NCBI GenBank assembly: GCA_964251675.1
Contig: CAXUKS010000011.1
Coordinates: forward strand, 15,177-79,176
Source: an uncultured Armatimonadales bacterium
Lineage (GTDB): Bacteria; Armatimonadota; Armatimonadia; Armatimonadales; Capsulimonadaceae
DNA: 64,000 nt
Direction: 5' to 3'
The notes under the pieces were generated by a model that was not told where the DNA came from, searched no databases, and saw nothing but the letters and a program-made list of their open reading frames with translations. Both the position numbers and the translations under genes were made by a program. Shown piece after piece: positions 49,798 through 60,516 of the stretch; position 1 is the first letter of the stretch; every line of letters starts with the position of its first letter.

Positions 49798-51678
49798 ATG
49801 AAGCGATTTTTGCGAAAACGAACTTGGATACTCACTGCCCTGTTGCTCACGGCGGCGGGCGCGGGGCGGGCGGACACGACGACCAAGACGCTCGCGCCGG
49901 GGGTGACGCTGACGCAGGAGATTGACCAGAAGACGCCGCTGATTATTAACGTTGTGACGGTGGATTTGACCGCGCCGGGCGTGCGTGTGGGCGTTGGCAT
50001 CGGACAGGACCAGATCAGTGGAGCGGATGCGACCCACGGGCGCGAGGATGTCAGCCGGATTGCGCGGCGCTGGGGGGCGGTGGCGGCGATCAATGCCGAT
50101 TACTTCCCGTACACCGGTGACCCGCTTGGTGTCGGCATTCGCAATGGAGAATTGTTTTCAGAGCCGTTTCTGGGCATCCGGCAGGGCGGGCCACGGGCGA
50201 CCGTGGGGATCGCCCCGGACGGCAAAAGTGTTCTGTTTGATACCCTGGGGTTCCTGGGGGACTTACAGGCGCGGGACGGACAGCGGGCGCTGATTAATGG
50301 TATCAACCGCACCGTGGGCAAGAACGAGATTGTGGCGTTTAGCCGCCTCTATGGCCCGCAGACCGGCAGCAAGCCCGGCAACGTCGAGGCGGTCGTGCGC
50401 GGGGTCAATCTGCCTGTCCGGGCCAACAAGCTGCTGACAGGCCGTGTGGAAAGCGTGCGCGTGGTGCAGACGGCCTCCGAGGTCATTCCCGAAGACGGCG
50501 TGGTGATTTCAGCGGGGCCGGGCACGGGCGCGGATTTTTTGGCGGCGCATCTGCATCCGGGGGACCCTGTCAGCCTCGCGCTGGCCGTGGCCCCGGTGGC
50601 GGACACGCGGGCGGCATTTCAAATCGCCGCTCTGCCGCGCACGGCGGGCGATCTGCCGTCCCGCAGCGGGGCCGCGCTGAACCGGGGAGCCTGGCTGTGG
50701 GCGCAGGTCCCGGAGGCGGTTGGGGGCGGGCCGCGTCTGCTGGTGAATGGGCAGGTCTCGGTGAACTGGGCGGCGGAAGGCTTTGATTCGGGCTTTGCGG
50801 GCGGGCTGAACCCGCGCACCGCCGTGGGGGCCAGCCGCGACGGTCACCGGCTGTATTTGGTGACGGTGGATGGGCGGCAGGCGTTCTCACGCGGCGTGTC
50901 GCTGGCCGGGATGGCGGGTATCTTGAAACGCTATGGCGCATGGAATGCGATCAATTTAGATGGCGGCGGCTCCACGGCGCTGGCGGCGAACGGCCTGACG
51001 GTGTCCAGCCCGCAGGGCGGCGGCAGCGAGCGGCCTGTGGCCGATATGCTGCTGGTCTACAGCACCCGTGCCAAGCAGATTGAGGCTCCCGCCCTGACCG
51101 ACCCCGAAGCCGGACAGGAAGGGGCGGGGGATGCCGCGCCCCAGGCCACCGGGCTGCAGATTGCTGTCCCTGCCGCGTCCCTGCGTGTCGGCAGCGCGGT
51201 TCCGCTGAGCCTGCGGGATGGGGCGCGGACCGTGCCGGGGGCGTCCCCGGACATCATCTGGCAGGGTCCGGCGGGCGGTGTCGGCTTTGTCAATCAGAAG
51301 GGTTACTTGATTACCATGACGCCGGGCACGGGCCGTGTGACGGCCCTCTACAAAGGCCAGATTGTCACTGTGCCCGTGACCGTCGCCGGGGCGACATCCG
51401 CCAGGCCCGTCTACCACCTGGAAGCGCGACTTGTGCTGGACCCCTACAAAATGGAAGGCCGCAGCCAGCTTGCCCTGCGCGTCTTAGACGCCCAGGGCAA
51501 GCCGCAGGCCGGAGCCGCCGTAGCTGTTTCCGTGACAGGCGGCACGGCGGACAAAGACACGTTATTAACCGACAGGGACGGCAGCGCCGTCGTCGGCATC
51601 ACCTGGGCCGCCGGAAAGGGCGGCACGGTGCGCGTCACTTCGGGGACGCTTGCGCCGATCACCCTCACACACTTATGA
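49798..51678 (+). CDS. secreted phosphodiester glycosidase (DUF2233/NAGPA-like) family protein with C-terminal Ig-like domains
   Basis: Start at ATG 49798 with a signal peptide. AINADYF...GPRLLVNG...NLDGGGST segments typical of the family. Confidence 0.75.
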   Translation: MKRFLRKRTWILTALLLTAAGAGRADTTTKTLAPGVTLTQEIDQKTPLIINVVTVDLTAPGVRVGVGIGQDQISGADATHGREDVSRIARRWGAVAAINADYFPYTGDPLGVGIRNGELFSEPFLGIRQGGPRATVGIAPDGKSVLFDTLGFLGDLQARDGQRALINGINRTVGKNEIVAFSRLYGPQTGSKPGNVEAVVRGVNLPVRANKLLTGRVESVRVVQTASEVIPEDGVVISAGPGTGADFLAAHLHPGDPVSLALAVAPVADTRAAFQIAALPRTAGDLPSRSGAALNRGAWLWAQVPEAVGGGPRLLVNGQVSVNWAAEGFDSGFAGGLNPRTAVGASRDGHRLYLVTVDGRQAFSRGVSLAGMAGILKRYGAWNAINLDGGGSTALAANGLTVSSPQGGGSERPVADMLLVYSTRAKQIEAPALTDPEAGQEGAGDAAPQATGLQIAVPAASLRVGSAVPLSLRDGARTVPGASPDIIWQGPAGGVGFVNQKGYLITMTPGTGRVTALYKGQIVTVPVTVAGATSARPVYHLEARLVLDPYKMEGRSQLALRVLDAQGKPQAGAAVAVSVTGGTADKDTLLTDRDGSAVVGITWAAGKGGTVRVTSGTLAPITLTHL

Positions 51679-52412
51679 CAGATTTATTGAAGACGGATTT
51701 ACAAAGTATTATCACGGAAGAGCCTCCGAAGGCCGAACCGAAGCCCGGCCAGCGTTTGGTAACCCTCAAAGACGTGCGCCACGACGCCCGCGTCCGCACC
51801 TATATCACACGCGGCAATGAGCAGATGCAGGCGATTGGATTCACCGAACACGGCCACCGCCATGCGGGAATCGTCTCCACCATCGCCCGCTCCATTTTGA
51901 CCCAGCTCGGCCATTCCGAGCGGGAAGGGGAGCTGGCGGCTATCGCGGGCTACCTGCACGACATGGGCTGCGTCATCAACCGCGTCGGCCATGTGGAGGC
52001 CGGGGCGCTGATGTCCTATACCATCCTGACCGATATGCAGATGCCGCCCGGTGAAATCGCCACGGTCATCGGCGCGGTCGGCAACCATGAGGAGCCGAAC
52101 GGCGTTCCCATCTCGCCCGTCTCCGCCGCCGTCATTCTGGGCGACAAATCCGATGTCCATTTCTCGCGGGTCCAGGAAAAAGACCCCGTCAAATGGGACA
52201 TCCACGACCGCGTCAACTCCGCCGTCCAGAAGTCCTACCTGCACGTCGATTCTGAGGCAAAATCCATCACGCTGGATTTGGACATTGACACGACCCACGC
52301 CAGCGTGACCGAGTACTTTGAAATCTTCGTCCACCGCATGGTCCTCTGCCGCCGCGCCGCCGACAAAATCGGCTGCAAGTTCCACCTCAAAATCAACGGC
52401 GTGAACTTGTAA
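51675..52412 (+). CDS. HD domain-containing phosphohydrolase
   Basis: ATGA overlap with the upstream gene. H...HD metal motif (HGHRHAG...GYLHDMG). Confidence 0.75.
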   Translation: MTDLLKTDLQSIITEEPPKAEPKPGQRLVTLKDVRHDARVRTYITRGNEQMQAIGFTEHGHRHAGIVSTIARSILTQLGHSEREGELAAIAGYLHDMGCVINRVGHVEAGALMSYTILTDMQMPPGEIATVIGAVGNHEEPNGVPISPVSAAVILGDKSDVHFSRVQEKDPVKWDIHDRVNSAVQKSYLHVDSEAKSITLDLDIDTTHASVTEYFEIFVHRMVLCRRAADKIGCKFHLKINGVNL

Positions 52413-52425
52413 GGAGACTGTCTCG

Positions 52426-52827
52426 GTGCGCTCACACGAAACCACGGATGGGATATTGGGGTCACAGCGCAATTTAATCAAGTCCGACGCAGCCGCCCGA
52501 CCCGCAATTATTGCTTTTGTGAAGCAAAAATCGGCAGAGTTTCGAGCCGAAGGCGGCAGGTTTTATGCGCCAAAGATAATGCGCAACTTTGCTTCTTTCA
52601 ATGCTGCCACCAAAACTATCAATTTGTCTCGTTCAGAAATGGCCGACGCCAAACTTGCGGCACTTGTTGAAGAACTTATTCATTTTCAGCAGGCACAAGC
52701 CGCCGGTGTTTTCGGGAAAGAAGGCGGCTGGTTTTGGCGGTATACTTCTCAAGAGTGGCAGGAATTGTACCCCGAACTGGAAGCCGAAGTCGATGAGATA
52801 ATGGCAGCAATGGGCTTCGAGGAATAG
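52426..52827 (+). CDS. hypothetical protein (AT-richer islet gene 1)
   Basis: GTG start 9 nt after AAGGAG. 133 aa. No family recognised. Confidence 0.55.
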   Translation: MRSHETTDGILGSQRNLIKSDAAARPAIIAFVKQKSAEFRAEGGRFYAPKIMRNFASFNAATKTINLSRSEMADAKLAALVEELIHFQQAQAAGVFGKEGGWFWRYTSQEWQELYPELEAEVDEIMAAMGFEE

Positions 52828-52837
52828 AGATTACACT

Positions 52838-53134
52838 ATGCACCCTACATATCGTGAAAGCAGGATGGGCGGCGGCAGCCGAATGTTCAATCCTCGACGG
52901 CATACGCTCCATGATGACGGCTTGCTGACTATCAAAGCCAGCGGCTATGAAGAGGATTGGGAGCATTGGACCGGGTGGCTCACCGTCGCTCCAACAGAAG
53001 CCGATTACGACTTCTGGTACTGGCTGACCTGCATTAAACAAGTGCCAGGTATCATCCATGAAAACGAGTTGGTTGCGTGGAAAATTGAATATATTTCTAG
53101 CCAAAAAGAACTAGTAGAAACCGCTGTCGCCTGA
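52838..53134 (+). CDS. hypothetical Trp-rich small protein (islet gene 2)
   Basis: 98 aa. The stop overlaps the next start (TGATG). Confidence 0.5.
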   Translation: MHPTYRESRMGGGSRMFNPRRHTLHDDGLLTIKASGYEEDWEHWTGWLTVAPTEADYDFWYWLTCIKQVPGIIHENELVAWKIEYISSQKELVETAVA

Positions 53135-53673
53135 TGACAACCTGCAACCCTGCCGCCCTGCTTTTTGGCTCGCCCCAAACATTTGCGGTTGAAGCGGCTA
53201 TTTACCAGCAGACGCCGGAGCATATATTTGGGCATCTGCGCTTTTGGATTGGCGGCGAGTCGGTGGGAGAGTTTGGGCAGAACCTTGTGCTGTGGACGCC
53301 ACTGGTCTTCGTCCGGGACTTTCTTGCCTTTGAGGGCCTGCGTAATCACCCATCGCTTTTCGGCAAAACAGATCGGGAAATCTTGACAATCTGCTATTGG
53401 GCGCTCTACAGCGACGGCAAAGAGTCGGCGGCGGAGGAGGCGTGTTTGCCTTTCCGGCAGTTCGACGACCTGTACCGAAACTTTGAGCTTTGCCCCCGTT
53501 TGTGCCCCTCGCTGGACGGTGACCGGGCCGTCCTGCTGACAGAAGACGAACACGACCGTATTATCTGGCTGCCGCACCGCAAGCGTAAGCCACGCAGCGT
53601 CACTCTGCCGCACGGAGAATGTGTCGCTGCGCTGACTGGCTTCACCGAATGGGCCGAGGCAGCCCACTTATGA
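53134..53673 (+). CDS. hypothetical protein, immunity-protein-like (islet gene 3)
   Basis: 179 aa. The N-terminus FGSPQTFAVEAAI...GHLRFWIGGESVG resembles polymorphic-toxin immunity proteins from memory only. The stop overlaps the ABC gene start (ATGA). Confidence 0.5.
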   Translation: MTTCNPAALLFGSPQTFAVEAAIYQQTPEHIFGHLRFWIGGESVGEFGQNLVLWTPLVFVRDFLAFEGLRNHPSLFGKTDREILTICYWALYSDGKESAAEEACLPFRQFDDLYRNFELCPRLCPSLDGDRAVLLTEDEHDRIIWLPHRKRKPRSVTLPHGECVAALTGFTEWAEAAHL

Positions 53674-55406
53674 CCGAATGGCGGCGGCTGCTGGGGTACC
53701 TGCGGCCTTATCGGGCGCGGATGGCGCTGGTGATCTTTTCTCTGCTGGTGGCAAGCGCCATCGGGCTGGTGTTTCCGCTGGTGGTGGTGCGCCTGCTTGA
53801 AAATGTGCTGCACCAGCCGAGTCTGGCTCCACTCAACCAGCTGACAGGGGCGTTGATCGGGCTGTTTCTGCTGCAAGCTGCGGCGCTGTTTGTGCAGTCG
53901 TACCACTCGTCGTACATCGGCGAGCGGATTGCGCTGGATGTCCGGGCGGGCCTGTACACGCATCTGCACCGGCTGTCGCTGGACTTTTATGCCGACCGGC
54001 GCACGGGCGAGTTGGTGTCCCGGCTGTCGAGCGATGCCACGCTGCTGCGGACGGTGCTGACCAGCAATTTGACCGTGCTGCTCAGCCAGAGCGTGTCGTT
54101 GATCGGCGCGATAGGGATTGTATTTGCCCTGAACACCCGCCTGACACTGTTTATTCTGGCTCTCGTGCCACTGGCGACGGGGCTGGCAGTCGTGTTCGGA
54201 CGGCGGTTTCAAATGCTGAGTACCGAGGTGCAGGACTCGCTGGCGGAGGCGACAGTCGCCGCCGAGGAAGGCCTGTCGGGAGTACGCGTGGTCAAAAGCT
54301 TTGCCCGCGAGGAGTACGAGGCGGGCCGCTACCGGCAGGCGCTGGGAAGCACGTTTGCGCTGACCCTGCGGCTGGCGGCGTTCAGCGCCTCGTTTACCTC
54401 GGGGATGGTGTTTATCGGCTTCAGCACCATCGCGATGATTTTATGGTTCGGCGGCCGCGAAGTGATTGCTGGGCGTCTGTCCCTGCCGATGCTCAGCGGC
54501 TTTTTGGTGTACGGCCTGACCATCGCTGCTGGCATCGGCGGCCTGGCGAACGTCTACGGGCAGGTGCGCGGGGCGATGGGGGCGGTGCGCCGGGTATTTG
54601 AGATTTTGGACACCGTGCCGACAGTTCAGAACGCCCCAAACGCCATCGTGCTGCCGCCTGTGCGCGGTGGCCTTGTCTTAAACAATGTCGGCTTCTCGTA
54701 CACTTCGGGTATCGCCGTCCTGAGCGGTATCAGCCTCACCATCGCGCCCGGCGAGATACTGGCGCTGGTCGGGCCGAGCGGGGCGGGGAAAAGCACCCTG
54801 TTCAATCTCATTCCCCGCTTTTATGACCCCACCGAAGGTCAGATCACTCTGGACGGCGCGAACCTGCGCGGGGTCACGCAGGCCAGCCTGCGCGGCCAGA
54901 TCGGGATTGTGCCGCAGGAGACTCTGCTGTTCGGCGGGACGGTGCGGGAAAATATCGCCTACGGTCGCCTCGGGGCCAGCGAGGGCGAAATTATTGAAGC
55001 GGCCCGTGCGGCCAACGCCGACGGGTTCATCCGGGACCTGCCCGCAGGCTATGAGACGGTCGTGGGGGAGCGCGGCACCAAGCTGTCCGGCGGGCAGCGG
55101 CAGCGGATCGCTATTGCGCGGGCGCTTCTGAAAGACCCGCGCCTGCTGCTGCTGGATGAGGCGACAAGCGCCCTGGATACCGAGTCGGAGTCGCTGGTGC
55201 AGGACGCGCTGGCCCGGCTGATGCAGGGGCGAACAGCGGTCATTATCGCGCATCGCCTCAGCACCGTAAAAATTGCCCACCGCATCGCGGTTCTGGACAA
55301 AGGCCGCCTGGTGGAGCTGGGAACCCACGAGGAGCTGCTGCGGCAGAACCAGCTTTACGCCCGGCTCTACGCCCTGCAATTTCGGGAGGCAAGGCAGCCA
55401 GAGTGA
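53670..55406 (+). CDS. ABC transporter ATP-binding/permease fusion (MsbA-like exporter)
   Basis: Six-TM ABC_membrane domain. Walker A GPSGAGKST, LSGGQRQRIAIARA, LLLDEATSALD. Confidence 0.93.
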   Translation: MTEWRRLLGYLRPYRARMALVIFSLLVASAIGLVFPLVVVRLLENVLHQPSLAPLNQLTGALIGLFLLQAAALFVQSYHSSYIGERIALDVRAGLYTHLHRLSLDFYADRRTGELVSRLSSDATLLRTVLTSNLTVLLSQSVSLIGAIGIVFALNTRLTLFILALVPLATGLAVVFGRRFQMLSTEVQDSLAEATVAAEEGLSGVRVVKSFAREEYEAGRYRQALGSTFALTLRLAAFSASFTSGMVFIGFSTIAMILWFGGREVIAGRLSLPMLSGFLVYGLTIAAGIGGLANVYGQVRGAMGAVRRVFEILDTVPTVQNAPNAIVLPPVRGGLVLNNVGFSYTSGIAVLSGISLTIAPGEILALVGPSGAGKSTLFNLIPRFYDPTEGQITLDGANLRGVTQASLRGQIGIVPQETLLFGGTVRENIAYGRLGASEGEIIEAARAANADGFIRDLPAGYETVVGERGTKLSGGQRQRIAIARALLKDPRLLLLDEATSALDTESESLVQDALARLMQGRTAVIIAHRLSTVKIAHRIAVLDKGRLVELGTHEELLRQNQLYARLYALQFREARQPE

Positions 55407-55411
55407 CAATA

Positions 55412-55439
55412 AGCCCCGGCCAGTGGCCGGGGCTTTTTT
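55412..55439. terminator. hairpin terminator between convergent genes
   Basis: agccccggcc-agt-ggccggggct followed by tttttt on the + strand. Confidence 0.75.
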
Positions 55440-55441
55440 AA

Positions 55442-55594
55442 TTATATTTGATTGGCTTCCGTGGTGGCTGTTTCTTCTTCCGTCACCAGGTTTTCGTCTT
55501 TGGTCCCGCTGTGCGTCGTCGTCGTTTCCGTCCCGCCGTCGGGCGTCTCGTGCGTTTCCGTTGCCTTTGTTTCCGTTGCTTTCTCGTCTGCCAT
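55442..55594 (-). CDS. small acidic Thr/Glu-rich protein
   Basis: 50 aa from ATG 55594, with AAGGAG 7 nt upstream. MADEKATETKATETHETPDGGTETTTTHSG... Confidence 0.45.
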   Translation of the reverse strand: MADEKATETKATETHETPDGGTETTTTHSGTKDENLVTEEETATTEANQI

Positions 55595-55646
55595 TCGTTT
55601 GCTCCTTGCCGTTGTGTAGCTGTCTTTGCCCGGCAAAGACGCCCCG

Positions 55647-56660
55647 CTAAACCTCGCCGCCAACCTGCTGCAAGACAATCGCCGCGCCGCCGTAGATGCC
55701 CGCGTTGTCGCCGAGTTCGGCAGGCAAAATCTGGCAGGTTTTCGCCAGGGACCGAATAGCCGTGGCCGTCGCCGTGCGCCGGATGGGTTCCAGGATTAAC
55801 TCGCCCGCCTGCGCGATGCCGCCGCCAATGACGATCATCTCCGGGTTAAACAGGTTGATCAAATTGGTGACGCACAGCCCGAGATAATAGCCGGTCTCTT
55901 CAAACACCTCGCGGGCGATAGCGTCGCCTTTTTCGGCCTCTTCGGCGATAATCGCGGGCGTCAGCGCGAAGCGGTCATAGTCTACCCGTGCGCCGAGGCT
56001 GGTTTCATAGCCTTCCTGGATTTTGCGGGCGGCCCGCTCTACAATCGCATCGCGCTGGCTTTCGCCTTCCACCGAGCCGAAGGCGCTGTTGCCGCCGCGT
56101 CCGCCGGGATGGATCACCATATGCCCGATCTCACCCGCGCCGCCGTCGTGGCCCTCTAAGAGCCGCCCGTCAATGATAATCCCGCCGCCGATGCCCGTGC
56201 CAAGCGTCACCATGCTCATGTGCCGCACCGAGCGGCCCGCGCCGAAGCGGAACTCGCCGAGCGCGGCCAGGTTGGCGTCGTTGCCGATCTGCACGGGCAC
56301 GCCCAGCGTGGTTTCCACGAGCTTTGCGATGGGAACATCTTTCCACTGGTCTTTGAAGTTCGGCGCCCATTTGACGATGCCTTCCACCGCTTTGACATGG
56401 CCCGGTACGGCGATGCCGACGCCGAGAACGTCCCGCTTGGGAACGTCGGCGGCGGTCAGCGCGGACTCGACGGCCTGGGCGATCTGTGCGGCTGTGTGCG
56501 CGACGCCTTCATTCGCCATCGACGAGATGTTCTCGCTGCGAGCGATCACTTTTTCCGTGTCCCGGTCCAAAACGGCGGCGCGGACATTGGTTCCGCCCAA
56601 ATCCACGCCCACAACGTAGGTCTTGCTTGTCTGTATCTGTTCAGTTTGCTGCTCTGTCAT
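55647..56660 (-). CDS. ROK family sugar kinase (glucokinase-like)
   Basis: VGVDLGGTNVR N-terminal ATP motif. ROK signature region with GAGEIGHM. The Cys-rich zinc motif is not obvious. Confidence 0.85.
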   Translation of the reverse strand: MTEQQTEQIQTSKTYVVGVDLGGTNVRAAVLDRDTEKVIARSENISSMANEGVAHTAAQIAQAVESALTAADVPKRDVLGVGIAVPGHVKAVEGIVKWAPNFKDQWKDVPIAKLVETTLGVPVQIGNDANLAALGEFRFGAGRSVRHMSMVTLGTGIGGGIIIDGRLLEGHDGGAGEIGHMVIHPGGRGGNSAFGSVEGESQRDAIVERAARKIQEGYETSLGARVDYDRFALTPAIIAEEAEKGDAIAREVFEETGYYLGLCVTNLINLFNPEMIVIGGGIAQAGELILEPIRRTATATAIRSLAKTCQILPAELGDNAGIYGGAAIVLQQVGGEV

Positions 56661-56757
56661 GCCTGCCTTGTATCCTTTATCCTGTACGGCGCTCTGAATG
56701 CTGCTTTGTTTCGAAGGAGTGGGGTCTTTGTCCTGCCTGCGAAGCGCAGAGCCTATG

Positions 56758-56766
56758 TGCTATAAT
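56758..56766 (+). promoter_or_regulatory. candidate extended -10 promoter TGCTATAAT upstream of metH
   Basis: Perfect TGnTATAAT 58 nt upstream of ATG 56825. No convincing -35. Confidence 0.4.
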
Positions 56767-56824
56767 CGCTTATTCAGAAACTCTGCGAGAACTACACCGG
56801 CCCTTTGGCTGTTAGAAAACTATT

Positions 56825-59800
56825 ATGGCTGACATTCGGCAATTATTAAAAGAGCGCATCCTGATTCTAGACGGCGCGATGGGCACGATGATCCAGCGTC
56901 ATCGGTTTGAAGAGGTGGACTATCGGGGCGAGCGGTTCCGAGACTTCCCTGCCGACCTCAAAAACAACAACGAGGCGCTGATGCTGGTCCGGCCCGATGT
57001 CATCCAGAACATTCACCGGGAATATCTGGCGGCGGGCGCAGATATTATTGAAACCAATACGTTCAACGCTACCTCTGTCTCGATGGCCGACTTCGGCATG
57101 GAAGATTTAGTCGTGGAAATGAACGCGGTCGCCGCCCGTCTCGCCCGCGAGGCCGCCGACGAGTTCTCCACGCCCGACAAGCCGCGCTTTGTCGCCGGGG
57201 CGCTTGGCCCGCAGACCCGCTCCGCGACGGTCATGGTGGATGCCGAGCATCCCGAGCGGCGCAATGTGACGTTTGACGAACTGCGCGATGCCTACTATGA
57301 GCAGGCAAAGGCGCTGATGGACGGCGGCGTCGATCTGCTTCTGTGCGAGACGACCTTTGACACGCTGAACTTGAAAGCCGCGCTGTTTGCCATCCAGACA
57401 TTGTTTGAAGACGAAGGCCGCGCCCTGCCGATTATGGCCTCGCTGACCATCACGGACCTCGCAGGCGGCAACCTTTCGGGCCAGGACGTGGCCTCCATGT
57501 GGAACTCCATCGCGCACGTCCCGCTGCTGTCGGTCGGCCTAAACTGCGCTCTCGGACCGCAGGAGATGCGGCCCTTTATCGAAGAGCTGTCGAGCATCGC
57601 GCCCGTCTTCGTGTCGGCCTATCCGAACGCTGGGCTGCCCAATCCGATGCTGGAAACCGGCTTTCCCGAAACCCCGGAGTCGCTGGCCCCGCAGCTTGCC
57701 GAATGGGCACAGTCAGGCTGGCTGAACATTGTCGGCGGCTGCTGCGGTACGACGGCGGCGCATATCAAAGCCATCGCCGAAGCCGTGTCGGGATGCGCCC
57801 CCCGGCAGGTTCCAACAATCACCCCCGTGACACGGTTGAACGGCACGCAGCTCTTTACGTGGGGGCCGCACGTCAACTTTGTCAATGTCGGCGAGCGCAC
57901 CAACGTGACGGGTTCGCCCAAGTTCAAGAAGCTGATTTTGGAAGGCAACTACGAAGCCGCGCTGACGGTCGCGCAGCAGCAAGTGGACCAGGGCGCTCAG
58001 GTCGTCGATGTCAACATGGACGAAGGCATGCTCGACGGCGAAGCGGCCATGACCCGCTTCCTGAACCTCATTCAGGGCGAGCCGAATATCAACCCCGTAC
58101 CGATCATGGTAGACAGCTCCAAATGGAGCGTGATTGAAGCGGGCCTGAAATGCCTGCCAGGCAAAGGCATCGTCAACTCGCTGTCGCTCAAAGCGGGCGA
58201 AGAAGACTTTGTCGAGAAAGCCCGGCTCGTGCGCCGCTACGGGGCCGCCGTGGTCGTGATGGCTTTTGACGAGTTGGGGCAGGCGGACACCAAAGAGCGC
58301 AAAGTTGAAATCTGTACCCGCGCCTATAATATCCTGACGCAGCAGGTCGACTTCCCGCCCGAAGACATCATCTTTGACCCGAACATCTTGACCATCGCCA
58401 CAGGCATTGAGGAGCACAACGAGTACGCGATTAACTTCATTGAAGCAACGCGCACCATCAAAGCGACTCTGCCGGGCTGCCATGTTTCCGGCGGCGTGTC
58501 CAACCTTTCGTTCTCGTTCCGGGGCAACAATGTCGTCCGCGAGGCCATGCACACGGCGTTCCTATACCACGCCATTCAGGCCGGGCTGGACACGGGCATT
58601 GTCAATGCCGGGCAGCTTGGGGTCTACGCTGAAATCCCCAAAGACTTACTCGAATTGGTGGAAGATGCGCTGTTCAACAAGCGCCCCGATGCCACCGATA
58701 GGCTTCTAACGTTCGCCGATGCCGTCAAAGGTGACGGCAAAACCGACAAGACAGCCAAAGCCGCCGAAGAATGGCGGGCGGGAAGCGTTGAAGAGCGCCT
58801 GTCGCATTCGCTGGTCAAGGGGCTGACCGATCACATTGAAGCCGACACTGAGGAAGCGCGGCAGAAGTATGCCCGCCCCCTGGAAGTCATTGAAGGGCCG
58901 CTGATGGACGGCATGAACGTCGTCGGCGACCTGTTCGGCTCCGGCAAGATGTTTCTGCCCCAGGTGGTCAAAAGCGCCCGCGTGATGAAGCGGGCCGTCG
59001 CCGTCCTGCTGCCCTACATGGAGGAAGAAAAGCGGCTGTCGGGAGCCTCGCAGGCCCAAGCCAAAGTGCTGATGGCGACGGTCAAGGGCGATGTCCACGA
59101 TATCGGCAAGAACATTGTCGGCGTCGTGCTGGGCTGCAACAACTACGAAGTCATTGACATGGGCGTCATGGTGTCCGCCGAGAAAATCTTGACGGCGGCC
59201 CGTGAGCAGAACGTAGACGTGATTGGCCTCAGCGGCCTGATCACGCCGTCGCTGGATGAGATGGCTTACGTCGCCCGCGAGATGGAGCGCCAGAACTTCA
59301 CCATCCCGCTGCTGATTGGCGGGGCGACCACGAGCCGCGTTCACACGGCAGTCAAAATCGCGCCGTTCTACAAGCAGCCGGTCATTCACGTTCTGGATGC
59401 GTCCCGCGCCGTCGGCGTCGTGTCCAATCTGGTGTCCGATGACCTCAAAGCGCCCTATGTCGCCGAGATCGAGCGGGAGCAGGAAGCGGCCCGCGCCGCG
59501 CACGCGGGCAAGCGCAGCGAAAAGAAGTCGCTGACCCTCGCCGCCGCACGGGCCAACAAAACGCCGATAGTCTGGCGCGAGGAAGACATGGCCCGCCCGT
59601 CGTTCCTGGGGGTTCGCGCCGTCACCAACCTGCCGCTCTCGGAGCTGGTCCCGTTTATCGACTGGTCCCCGTTCTTCCGTGCCTGGGAATTGCACGGCAG
59701 TTTCCCCGCTATCCTGACCGATGAGGTCGTCGGCGAAAGCGCCGCCAAGCTCTATGAAGAGGCCCGCGCCCTGCTGTCCCAGCTTTTGCTGGACAAATCG

Positions 59801-60511
59801 ATCCGGGCCAACGGCGTCTACGGCTTCTTTGCCGCAAACTCCAATGGCGCGGACGACATCACGCTCTATACCGACGACACCCGCGAGGCCGTGCTGACCA
59901 CTATTCATACGCTGCGTCAGCAGGGCGAAAAGTCCGCCGGGGCGGCCAACAAAGCCCTGTCTGACTTCATCGCGCCCCGCGAAACAGGTCTGGCCGATTA
60001 CATGGGCCTGTTTGTCGTCACAGCGGGCATCGGCGTCGAGGAGCTGTCGCGCCATTACAAAGAACAGCTTGACGACTACAATGCCATTATGGTCAGCGCC
60101 CTCGCCGACCGCCTCGCCGAAGCCTTCGCCGAGTACCTGCACAAACAGGTCCGCGATGCCTGCGGCTACGGCTTGTCCGAGGACCTCTCTGCCGAAGACC
60201 TGATCAAAGAGCGTTACCGGGGCATCCGCCCCGCACCCGGCTACCCGGCCTGCCCGGACCACACTGAAAAGCGGACGCTCTTTGACCTGCTGAGTGCCGA
60301 GAAGAACGCGGGCATCTGTCTCACTGAAAGCATGGCAATGATGCCCGCCGCCGCCGTGTCCGGCTTTTACCTGTCGCACCCGGAGGCCAAATACTTCGCC
60401 GTCGGCAAAATCGAGCGCGACCAGGTCGAAGATTACGCCACCCGGAAGGGTATAACGCAAGAAGAAGCGGAACGCTGGCTTGCTCCCGCTCTGAACTACG
60501 ACCCGGAGTAG
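56825..60511 (+). CDS. metH: cobalamin-dependent methionine synthase
   Basis: 1228 aa. Homocysteine-binding (GGCCGT), pterin-binding, B12-binding ([11 protein letters not shown]) and AdoMet activation domains in order. Confidence 0.95.
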   Translation: MADIRQLLKERILILDGAMGTMIQRHRFEEVDYRGERFRDFPADLKNNNEALMLVRPDVIQNIHREYLAAGADIIETNTFNATSVSMADFGMEDLVVEMNAVAARLAREAADEFSTPDKPRFVAGALGPQTRSATVMVDAEHPERRNVTFDELRDAYYEQAKALMDGGVDLLLCETTFDTLNLKAALFAIQTLFEDEGRALPIMASLTITDLAGGNLSGQDVASMWNSIAHVPLLSVGLNCALGPQEMRPFIEELSSIAPVFVSAYPNAGLPNPMLETGFPETPESLAPQLAEWAQSGWLNIVGGCCGTTAAHIKAIAEAVSGCAPRQVPTITPVTRLNGTQLFTWGPHVNFVNVGERTNVTGSPKFKKLILEGNYEAALTVAQQQVDQGAQVVDVNMDEGMLDGEAAMTRFLNLIQGEPNINPVPIMVDSSKWSVIEAGLKCLPGKGIVNSLSLKAGEEDFVEKARLVRRYGAAVVVMAFDELGQADTKERKVEICTRAYNILTQQVDFPPEDIIFDPNILTIATGIEEHNEYAINFIEATRTIKATLPGCHVSGGVSNLSFSFRGNNVVREAMHTAFLYHAIQAGLDTGIVNAGQLGVYAEIPKDLLELVEDALFNKRPDATDRLLTFADAVKGDGKTDKTAKAAEEWRAGSVEERLSHSLVKGLTDHIEADTEEARQKYARPLEVIEGPLMDGMNVVGDLFGSGKMFLPQVVKSARVMKRAVAVLLPYMEEEKRLSGASQAQAKVLMATVKGDVHDIGKNIVGVVLGCNNYEVIDMGVMVSAEKILTAAREQNVDVIGLSGLITPSLDEMAYVAREMERQNFTIPLLIGGATTSRVHTAVKIAPFYKQPVIHVLDASRAVGVVSNLVSDDLKAPYVAEIEREQEAARAAHAGKRSEKKSLTLAAARANKTPIVWREEDMARPSFLGVRAVTNLPLSELVPFIDWSPFFRAWELHGSFPAILTDEVVGESAAKLYEEARALLSQLLLDKSIRANGVYGFFAANSNGADDITLYTDDTREAVLTTIHTLRQQGEKSAGAANKALSDFIAPRETGLADYMGLFVVTAGIGVEELSRHYKEQLDDYNAIMVSALADRLAEAFAEYLHKQVRDACGYGLSEDLSAEDLIKERYRGIRPAPGYPACPDHTEKRTLFDLLSAEKNAGICLTESMAMMPAAAVSGFYLSHPEAKYFAVGKIERDQVEDYATRKGITQEEAERWLAPALNYDPE

Positions 60512-60516
60512 GCAAT

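Noticed and set aside
56661-56824. Looked for a cobalamin or SAM riboswitch in the metH leader.
   Set aside because: With the putative -10 at 56761, the leader is only about 50 nt. I could not recognise the conserved B12-box or other riboswitch cores. An Rfam scan would be needed to be certain.
58706-60460. 584-aa minus-strand ORF inside metH.
   Set aside because: It is antisense to a gene with unmistakable MetH domain order. The product is low complexity and G/A/R/V-rich, which marks a GC-driven shadow ORF.
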